Positions 10,309 to 17,621 of a DNA stretch of 20,000 bases are shown one piece after another (position 1 is the first letter of the stretch; every line of letters starts with the position of its first letter). The DNA is taken from sequence record SRR22947725_3004; one strand, written 5' to 3'. The position numbers were made by a program, and so were the translations under genes. The notes below the pieces were generated by a model. It made no database searches. It worked only from the letters and a program-made list of their open reading frames with translations, and was not told where the DNA came from.

Positions 10309-10776
10309 ATGCAACATTTTCAAGCGATCGCCGCCATGGCGGAAAATCGGGTGATAGGCAAGGGTAACACGATTCCCTGGCATCTGCCGGATGATTTCAA
10401 ATGGTTCAAAGCAAAAACGATGGGGCATATTCTCATCATGGGGCGCAAGACATTTGAGTCCATAGGTCGCCCTTTGCCTGGGAGGGAAACCATTATCCTG
10501 AGTCGATCCGGTTACACTGCCACCGGCACGCGGACAGTTGAATCCCCAGCCCGGCTTGTGGAAATCCTTGGGGACGACACGCGTATTCCGTTCATCTGTG
10601 GAGGCGCTGATATCTACAGACAAACACTTGATCTATGCAGTGATCTTTATCTCACGCAGGTCAAAGGTGTCTTTGACGGAGATGCGTTTTTCCCTGAGTT
10701 TGAAAATCATTTCAAAGATGCTGAAGCTGTTTTGCATCATGAACAATTTACCGTGTTTCATTACCGTCACAGCTGA
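10309..10776 (+). CDS. folA: Dihydrofolate reductase
   Basis: IAAMAENRVIG, IPWHLPDD, IMGRKTFESIGRPLPGR, ICGGADIY and GDAFFP. The ATG lies 2 bp after the thyA stop. Confidence 0.96.
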   Translation: MQHFQAIAAMAENRVIGKGNTIPWHLPDDFKWFKAKTMGHILIMGRKTFESIGRPLPGRETIILSRSGYTATGTRTVESPARLVEILGDDTRIPFICGGADIYRQTLDLCSDLYLTQVKGVFDGDAFFPEFENHFKDAEAVLHHEQFTVFHYRHS

Positions 10777-10811
10777 GCCGGGACGCACGGGGCAGCCCCT
10801 GCGTCTTGGCT
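10776..10811. terminator. GC-rich stem-loop immediately after folA, between convergent genes
   Basis: AGCCGGGACGCA-C-GGGG-CAG-CCCC-TGCGTCTTGGCT forms a 16-bp stem with two G-U pairs and one bulge on the + strand. There is no U-tract, so terminator function is uncertain. Confidence 0.5.
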
Positions 10812-10992
10812 GACGAATGTGACGTTTCTTACGGGAGTGAAGCAGGGGGTATTGACATCACGACTCTGTTGATTCATCGCTTTGGATGTGATATTCACGC
10901 ACGAATGCATCTGTGGCTAGGCGCTTATCATCCGCCAGATGCGCGGCTCGCTTCTTCGGGCACGAAACATTCAATTCAATCTGCGATGTGGA

Positions 10993-11793
10993 TCAGTTGT
11001 TGTCTCCATCAAGTAAGCCTCCAATACCTCCCAGAATGGAACCCTCACCACGACTCTTTCCCCCGGCTTGTGGGGCATATGCCAAAACACGCCCAGCCAG
11101 TCGGCTGAATGGCAGTGACTGAAGCCACACCCGTCCCGGGCCTCTTAGAGTGGCAAAGAACAAACCTTCACCACCAAAGATGGCAGATTTGATATTTCCC
11201 ACATACTGGACATCGAAGTCAACGCCCGGTTGATAAGCGACCACACAACCGGTGTCGACTCGAATGCTTTCACCTGGCGAAAGCTCGCGTTCGTAAAGCG
11301 TTCCTCCTGCATGGATAAACGCCCAACCATCGCCCTGCAAACGTTGCATGATAAATCCTTCACCACCAAATAAACCGAGTCCTATTTTCTTTTGGAATGC
11401 GATCCCAATACTGACTCCTTTTGCAGCACACAGGAACGAATCCTTTTGAGTAATCATTTCACCTCCCATTTCCGAGAGGTGCATGGGGATGATCTTTCCT
11501 GGGTAAGGCGATCCAAATGCCACCTTTTCTTTACCGGTTCCCTGATTATGAAAAACGGTCATGAAAAGGGATTCCCCGGTCAGCAGTCTTTTACCTGCGT
11601 TCATGATGGAACCGAAGAATCCTGCTCTTTCAGAGGAACCATCTCCAAAGATGGTTTCCATCTGGATGTTCTGATCCATGTACATCATACCACCTGCTTC
11701 TGCGACAACCGCTTCCTGAGGGTCCAGTTCTACTTCCACGAATTGCATCTCTGCACCATAAATCTTATAGTCTACTTCATGCATCTCTGCCAT
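10993..11793 (-). CDS. TIGR00266 / AIM24 family protein
   Basis: YKIYGAEMQFVEVELDP, AEAGGMMYM, KRLLTGESLFMT, QKDSFLCAAKGV, GLFGGEGFIMQRL, VDTGCVVA and FGGEGLFFATLRGPGRVWLQSLPFSRLA. Confidence 0.92.
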   Translation of the reverse strand: MAEMHEVDYKIYGAEMQFVEVELDPQEAVVAEAGGMMYMDQNIQMETIFGDGSSERAGFFGSIMNAGKRLLTGESLFMTVFHNQGTGKEKVAFGSPYPGKIIPMHLSEMGGEMITQKDSFLCAAKGVSIGIAFQKKIGLGLFGGEGFIMQRLQGDGWAFIHAGGTLYERELSPGESIRVDTGCVVAYQPGVDFDVQYVGNIKSAIFGGEGLFFATLRGPGRVWLQSLPFSRLAGRVLAYAPQAGGKSRGEGSILGGIGGLLDGDNN

Positions 11794-12540
11794 ATTCTTG
11801 CCTTTCTACCTTTATTTTTTACCTGAACGGTTTGACGGATTTCGATCGCAACCCTTGGTTGCAGTCATCGATCATGAAACCCATCGATATTTCCCGTTAC
11901 CAAAATAAGCCTGCACCATTTAGTGAAAATCACAAACACCAGCAGCAATGCCACAGTGGTCTTGACTCAAATTAAAATGAAGAGATTTCATCAAAAAATT
12001 ATTTATTCAGGCAGGATGATCAATTGACAATCCGACCTAAACCACATCTTTAGATTGCGAGAGGTTTCCTAATTCAAAGGAGGGGTTAACATCTGGATGA
12101 TACATTATCCAGATGCCTGAGCAGTTGGGTTCATTCTTATCTTCAGCTGAATCGTCAAACCCATAAACGCACCCATATCAATTTTGATGAGATGAATTTT
12201 TGAGGCAGTATTCATGGTTCCTCATGCATCTGTTTGCCAAGAGTTATGTTATTCAAATTCCAGCGAAAAATCGATATGGGACGAAGCTCTACCGTGGGCT
12301 CCAAACAACCATTTCGGACAGGAACTATTCACATTGAATGAGTAATGCCATTTGGTTTTCTTGTCTCTCACCAGCATGCTGGAAATTTTTAAAGAAAAAT
12401 GACGGCGAGTGGAAGAACATCCGTCTGTTCGGGACAATTTCAGTTTCTATCTCAAAAGGCAGTGTCCAAGTTTTGTGTTTCACGAGGTTGAGTCGCTTAA
12501 AAGCAGGAATCAAAAGTAATATCTAATGTCTAATTCAAAG

Positions 12541-12615
12541 TGGAAATATACATATACCACATTAAAAAAAACACGTTAAAAAAAATAAATAAAACAATTA
12601 AAAATATATTGAGTA
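12541..12615 (+). promoter_or_regulatory. Extremely A/T-rich tract upstream of the SET gene (possible UP element or curved DNA)
   Basis: A8 runs at 12564-12571 and 12578-12585, with further A runs at 12591-12594 and 12600-12604. Confidence 0.35.
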
Positions 12616-13188
12616 ATGATTAAGTTAATGGTTAAAAAATTGGTAATGAACAGTATGGGGATACATAAAAAAACGATATTACAGGCGAAAAAATCAGTAA
12701 TACACGGTCTTGGTTGTTTTGCTGTTCAGTTTATTCCCAAAGGTCAAAGAATTGTCGAATATTCAGGGCCCAGGCTGAATCTTGAGCAGACTCTAAAGGC
12801 ACTCGAAAAGGGGAATGAATACATTTTTGACATAGACTCACACTATTCCGTTGATGGTAGCGTCATGTCGAACGCAGGCAGATATCTCAACCATTCCTGC
12901 GATCCTAATTGCGAAAGTGATATTATTTCCGGAAAGGTATGGATAGATGCAATGCGTGACATACACAAAGGGGAAGAAGTAACCATAAATTACAATTATG
13001 AACTTGAAGGGTTCTCCAACAGACCTTGTCAATGTGGATCAAAAAATTGCCCTGGATTTATGATAGCGAACCATCAACTCGGTTTAAAAAATCCACAAAA
13101 ACTACTGCGCACCATGATGGAAATGTCCAATGAAATAATTTCTCAAAAAAAACAAAAACGACCTGCCGCCAAACAAATTATCGACTAG
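12616..13188 (+). CDS. SET-domain protein-lysine methyltransferase with post-SET zinc motif; true start may be a downstream ATG (12647 or 12656)
   Basis: SVIHGLGCFA (motif I), IPKGQRIVEYSG, YIFDID, RYLNHSCDPNCE (NHS motif), IHKGEEVTINY and post-SET CQCGSKNCPG. Confidence 0.93.
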   Translation: MIKLMVKKLVMNSMGIHKKTILQAKKSVIHGLGCFAVQFIPKGQRIVEYSGPRLNLEQTLKALEKGNEYIFDIDSHYSVDGSVMSNAGRYLNHSCDPNCESDIISGKVWIDAMRDIHKGEEVTINYNYELEGFSNRPCQCGSKNCPGFMIANHQLGLKNPQKLLRTMMEMSNEIISQKKQKRPAAKQIID

Positions 13189-13297
13189 TTTGTTTTGACC
13201 AAGCTTTCCACCTTCCAATAGCTCAGGTTTAACTCAAACAATATGGGTATGTTCATGGATTGATTTTTTTAAATAATGGGTTAGTATCTCACATCCC

Positions 13298-14302
13298 ATG
13301 AAAAGATTCGTAATCAACTTGCTTTCATTAAGTCTTGGAGCCGTGTTACTCCAGGCTCAGGATACCTCTCAATACTTGCGGTTGGGCATGATTGGGTTGG
13401 ACACCTCCCATGTCATCGCATTTACCCGCATACTCAACGACACTTCGAATGCCGACCATGTTCCTGGTGGCAAGGTTATTGCGGCATACAAGGGCGGAAG
13501 CGATGATGTGGAATCCAGCTACACCCGGGTCGATAGATTCACCGAACAATTAAAAAATGAATTTGGACTGGAAATTTTGGATTCCATCGAAAGCCTTTGT
13601 GAAAAAGTGGATGCTGTCCTGCTCGAAAGTGTCGATGGCCGCCCTCACCTAGAGCAAGCGCAGATCGTGATCAAAGCCGGAAAACCGTTGTTTATCGACA
13701 AACCAATGGCGGGATCACTCAGAGATGTTATTCAAATTTTTAAACTGGCCCATGAAAACAACGTGCCTTGTTTTTCCTCTTCTTCATTGAGGTATTATGA
13801 AAGCCTTCAAAAACTCAAAACCGAGGAGATTGGAGAATTGAAAGGGGCAATATCCTATGGACCTTGTAGTCTGGAACCACACCATCCCGATTTATTTTGG
13901 TACGGCGTTCACCCAACCGAGGCCCTGTTTTCAGTTATGGGCATCGGTTGTCAGTCTGTATCACGCACTTTTACTGAGCACACAGATGTGGTTTCCGGGG
14001 TTTGGAACAATGGGAACACAGGTGTTGTCTACGGTTTGCGAACAGGGCATGCGCGCTACAAGGTAACCACTTTCGGTACCAAAGGAATCGCTGAACAAAA
14101 TGGAGGAGGAAACTACGTCCCATTAGTGCGGGAAATAATGGATTTTTTCAAAACAGGTAACCCTCCAGTTTCAGCCAGAGAGACAGTCGAGTTATTCGCT
14201 TTCATGGAAGGTGCAGATCTCAGTAAATCCAAGAATGGCCTTGAGGTGGATATTCCGCAGCTCATAAAATCGCACGGTGGTGGATGGTTACTTGAAGATT
14301 AG
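13298..14302 (+). CDS. Gfo/Idh/MocA-family oxidoreductase with N-terminal signal peptide
   Basis: Signal-like MKRFVINLLSLSLGAVLLQA, then LRLGMIGLDTSH, VDAVLLESVDGRPH, FIDKPMA, FSSSSLRY and WYGVH. Confidence 0.88.
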   Translation: MKRFVINLLSLSLGAVLLQAQDTSQYLRLGMIGLDTSHVIAFTRILNDTSNADHVPGGKVIAAYKGGSDDVESSYTRVDRFTEQLKNEFGLEILDSIESLCEKVDAVLLESVDGRPHLEQAQIVIKAGKPLFIDKPMAGSLRDVIQIFKLAHENNVPCFSSSSLRYYESLQKLKTEEIGELKGAISYGPCSLEPHHPDLFWYGVHPTEALFSVMGIGCQSVSRTFTEHTDVVSGVWNNGNTGVVYGLRTGHARYKVTTFGTKGIAEQNGGGNYVPLVREIMDFFKTGNPPVSARETVELFAFMEGADLSKSKNGLEVDIPQLIKSHGGGWLLED

Positions 14303-14391
14303 CGTGAAGAATGGTGTCTATTTTGTTTCGTTGTAAGACCGCTTCCTCTTCTGACTCTTGGAATGAGATTTGACCGACAATACAAAAAACG

Positions 14392-15369
14392 GTGATTTGC
14401 AAAACAACATACCGATGCGTTTTTCAATGGCTATTGCTTTTGATATCAGTCTCACACCTTGGTGCCGATGACTCGCCGAGCAGGGATTTCTTCGTTTTTC
14501 GAGAAACGCAACGTCAAGTGCAAACAGCACTTCAAAACGCCATGGCCTCTACTGTAGGGGTAGGAGACAGTGGTAGTGGGGTCATCGTTTCGCCAAACGG
14601 ACTCGTGCTCACCGCTGCTCATGTCAGCGGTACCCCAAATCGAAACATCACTTGCAGGCTTCCCAATGGAAAGCGTGTGGGTGCGAAAACACTTGGAAAC
14701 TTCGACTACATGGATGCAGGAATGGTCCAGCTGGAAGGCGAGGGGCCTTGGCCATACAGTCCCGTCGGGACTCGCAGATCCAACACTGCTGGTGATTGGT
14801 GTTTTGCTCTGGGACACCCAGGTGGATTTGACCGGGACCGCGGTTCAGTCCTGAGGGTTGGAATGGTGATTCATGCTCGAAATGGCTTCATGCGCACTGA
14901 CTGCAAACTATTGCGTGGCGACTCTGGAGGTCCCTTGTTCAATCTAAGTGGTGAAGTCATTGGCATTCACAGCCGCATTGGCGACCCCTTGGATGATAAC
15001 TACCATGCTCCCATTGGCACGTTCAGTAAGATGTGGGATGACTTGCTTGCCGGAGAGACAATCTCAGGACCTCGACAGCGGTCGGACCGAGGTGTCTTGG
15101 GTGTCAGTGTTGAGGCTCATCCAAAGGGAGTTTTGTTGAAGGAAATACGTCCTGATTCTGCCGCTGAAGAGGCCGGCTTGAAAACGAAAGACGTCATTCA
15201 ATCCATCGATGGCTTTCCGATAGACGATTCCTTCGATTTCAGGTGGGCAATCAGCAAGAACAGTCCTGGAGCTCGCATCAATATTGAATACGTTCGAGGA
15301 GACAAACTCGATGAGATCTCGGTTGAATTGGGGCAATCAACAAGCCGCAGGGAGCGGGGTGTATTTTGA
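14392..15369 (+). CDS. Trypsin-like serine protease (S1C/HtrA-like) with C-terminal PDZ domain, catalytically intact
   Basis: GSGVIVS, LTAAHV (His), MDAGMV (Asp), ALGHPGG and GDSGGPLFN (Ser). PDZ: GVLGV...PDSAAEEAGLKTKDVI. The N-terminus is signal-like. Confidence 0.93.
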   Translation: MICKTTYRCVFQWLLLLISVSHLGADDSPSRDFFVFRETQRQVQTALQNAMASTVGVGDSGSGVIVSPNGLVLTAAHVSGTPNRNITCRLPNGKRVGAKTLGNFDYMDAGMVQLEGEGPWPYSPVGTRRSNTAGDWCFALGHPGGFDRDRGSVLRVGMVIHARNGFMRTDCKLLRGDSGGPLFNLSGEVIGIHSRIGDPLDDNYHAPIGTFSKMWDDLLAGETISGPRQRSDRGVLGVSVEAHPKGVLLKEIRPDSAAEEAGLKTKDVIQSIDGFPIDDSFDFRWAISKNSPGARINIEYVRGDKLDEISVELGQSTSRRERGVF

Positions 15370-16724
15370 TGAACGCATTACCAAGATACAATAGTCTCAT
15401 GTTTTTGCTGACAGGCATTTTTTATGCATCCTTTTTCACGATTGATATTGCAGCTGCCGATCTTTCGTATCTTAGCAGGGCAGACCGATTGAACGGATGG
15501 AGGACTCTGGAAGTTTTGGATGACCTGTTCCGAGACCATCGTGCCTCTGTTGTCGAAATCCTAGACAATGATAAACAAGTGGCGCTTGGAACCGTAGTGT
15601 CTGAAGATGGATTCATCGTTACCAAGGCAAGCGAGTTCGGGCAGTCCCTCGAAATTAGACTCTCCGATTACAGTAAGCATGTGGCTGAGCAAGTCAGCGT
15701 TGATGAAGCCAATGATCTTGCTTTGTTAAAGATAAGGGCTTCCGGATTGCGTCCCGTGGATTGGCCTGACTCAGGTGATCCTCAGATGGGGCAATGGGTG
15801 ATGTCGCCTTACGAGGACAAAACTCAGGTCAGAATTGGTGTCATCAGTGCATCGACACGTCAGGTGCCAAAACAGTTTGGAGCACTGGGTGTTGTTACGG
15901 TTGACAGCTCAGATTATTTAACTGAAAACGATTTGCTTGATCCAAATACACTAGCCGATCACATAAACAAGGGGGCAAGACCTATCGACAGGTGGCTCAA
16001 AAATGAAATCTCGAACGGCGCCAAGTCAGCCTTGACAGCTGACTTGAATGATCCAATCCACCGAGCGCCATTCCTGAAATTAATCATAAGGGACCTCAAC
16101 TTTATGATCTTTGAAAGAATCCTGTATGCGGAAGATCGGTTTGTGGGAGTTTCTCTGAGTGAAACTACACAACAAGCCATCCTCGAAACAGATATTCGCA
16201 TCCGGCCATCCGTTTTGAACCGGATGCTTCTGGTTGATTGTTTTCCCGATCTCATTAGAGCAGGCAAATCAGGAGCTCGCATTTTGGATGTCGTAGCTGA
16301 CAGTGCGGCGGAGCAGGCGGATCTGGAGCCAGGAGATCTCATCATGGCAATCAATGCATCGGGTGTGGGTGGTTCGCAGGATCTCGTACGCTTGATACGT
16401 AAGCACACGGCTGGTGAAACCATCACAATATCCCTAATCCGCGATGGTAGTGCCTTGAATAAGTTGGTAACTCTCGGTTTTTTTGATGCCACCTTTCCTG
16501 ACCAGGATGTCAACATAGCGCTGAGCGGTGATATATCTGACCGTCGAACCGGTTTTCAAAAAATCATACAACACGACATGCCTCTTTCACCCAAAGCAAT
16601 GGGTGGGCCTCTCATGGACTTTGAGGGGCGAGTTCTTGGAATAAACATCGCCCGCTATGATCGTGTAGCCACATATGCGCTCCCGGCTGACTTGGTGCAA
16701 TCTTTGATTCAGAAAATGAAATAA
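15369..16724 (+). CDS. Trypsin-fold pseudoprotease with an internal PDZ domain
   Basis: Protease-fold motifs LGTVVSEDGFIVTKASE, NDLALLKI and IQHDMPLSPKAMGGPLMDFEGRVLGINIA flank a PDZ (GALGV...DSAAEQADLEPGDLI). The ATG overlaps the upstream stop (TGATG at 15367-15371). Confidence 0.85.
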   Translation: MNALPRYNSLMFLLTGIFYASFFTIDIAAADLSYLSRADRLNGWRTLEVLDDLFRDHRASVVEILDNDKQVALGTVVSEDGFIVTKASEFGQSLEIRLSDYSKHVAEQVSVDEANDLALLKIRASGLRPVDWPDSGDPQMGQWVMSPYEDKTQVRIGVISASTRQVPKQFGALGVVTVDSSDYLTENDLLDPNTLADHINKGARPIDRWLKNEISNGAKSALTADLNDPIHRAPFLKLIIRDLNFMIFERILYAEDRFVGVSLSETTQQAILETDIRIRPSVLNRMLLVDCFPDLIRAGKSGARILDVVADSAAEQADLEPGDLIMAINASGVGGSQDLVRLIRKHTAGETITISLIRDGSALNKLVTLGFFDATFPDQDVNIALSGDISDRRTGFQKIIQHDMPLSPKAMGGPLMDFEGRVLGINIARYDRVATYALPADLVQSLIQKMK

Positions 16725-16760
16725 GTGTGTGTCCTTTTCTGATCGCTGATTCCAATCATC

Positions 16761-17534
16761 TCAGGCGCTTGGACCAATCGTTGCTCCTCCATCGCATACA
16801 AGGTTTTGGCCTGTAATTAAATCCGATCCGGTGATCAGCGATACAACTGCAGCAGCAACATCGTCTGGATGACATACTTTACCCAAGACGGCTTTGGATT
16901 CGTGCCCTTCTTTGGTGTCTTCGTAACGTTCCTTGAGCCCTTGCTGAGTCCAGTCATCGGCAATGAACCCTGGTGCGACAGAATTGACTCTCACTTGAGG
17001 GGCAAGGATGCGAGCAAGTGAAACGGTCATATTGATCAAAGCTGCTTTGGAGGCACAATATGCCATGGAACTGCCATTACCGATCAGTCCAGCAACACTT
17101 GTAATATTGATAATCTCTCCTCCATTTTTTGATTTTTTAAGCCATGGTTCAGCAGCGCGAGAACAATAAAAAGGGCCTTTAACGTTTGTTTGAAGGACGC
17201 GATCCCAATGCGCTTCCGTCAGGAGACTGAGATCAGCAAATCGGAGAAAATCAGTTGTCGCTGCATTGTTCACAAGAATATCCAAGCCTCCGAACTGATC
17301 GACCGTTTGCTGGATTAATGCAAGGCAATCCGATTCTTTTGAAACATCTGCCTGGATCATCAATGAAGGAGTGTCGTTTTTTTGTAATTCTTTGAGCACG
17401 GACTCGGCTTCTTCTCTGGAACTGCGGAAATTCAGCACAATGCGGCATCCTTGCCTGGCCAACCTGAGTGCTACCGCTCTTCCTACACCTCGACTTGATC
17501 CCGTAATGACTGCCACTTTTCCTTGTGTTTCCAT
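16761..17534 (-). CDS. Short-chain dehydrogenase/reductase (FabG-like SDR)
   Basis: TGSSRGVG (Rossmann), DILVNNA, NITSVAG, YCASK (YxxxK), VRVNSVAPG and ITGQNLVCDGG. Confidence 0.95.
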   Translation of the reverse strand: METQGKVAVITGSSRGVGRAVALRLARQGCRIVLNFRSSREEAESVLKELQKNDTPSLMIQADVSKESDCLALIQQTVDQFGGLDILVNNAATTDFLRFADLSLLTEAHWDRVLQTNVKGPFYCSRAAEPWLKKSKNGGEIINITSVAGLIGNGSSMAYCASKAALINMTVSLARILAPQVRVNSVAPGFIADDWTQQGLKERYEDTKEGHESKAVLGKVCHPDDVAAAVVSLITGSDLITGQNLVCDGGATIGPSA

Positions 17535-17551
17535 GAGACTGATTCTTGCTC

Positions 17552-17567
17552 GTCATTCATGAATGAC
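17552..17567. promoter_or_regulatory. Perfect 16-bp palindrome in the divergent SDR/sulfatase intergenic region; candidate operator
   Basis: GTCATTCATGAATGAC is identical to its reverse complement and lies 17 bp upstream of the SDR ATG. Confidence 0.5.
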
Positions 17568-17621
17568 AATGTTAATCATGCAAGCATGTTAGTTTGTTTG
17601 GAATTCAAGTCAGCTATCGCG

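Noticed and set aside
6930-10776. Glycosyltransferase plus thymidylate synthase homologue as a phage-like DNA hypermodification system
   Set aside because: ThyA is canonical and retains the dUMP-specifying Asn in PFNIASY. It is paired with an ordinary DHFR, the GT is membrane-bound, and no phage genes are nearby.
10806-11122. Small + strand ORFs after folA
   Set aside because: They overlap the 3' end of TIGR00266 on the opposite strand, have no clear RBS and show no protein-like features.
12008-12069. Resemblance to a c-di-GMP-I riboswitch (TCCGACCTAAACC...GCGAGAGGTTTCC)
   Set aside because: The 5' hairpin with a GNRA tetraloop and the conserved GCAAA elements are missing, and the stem pairing is poor. 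An Rfam cmscan would settle it.
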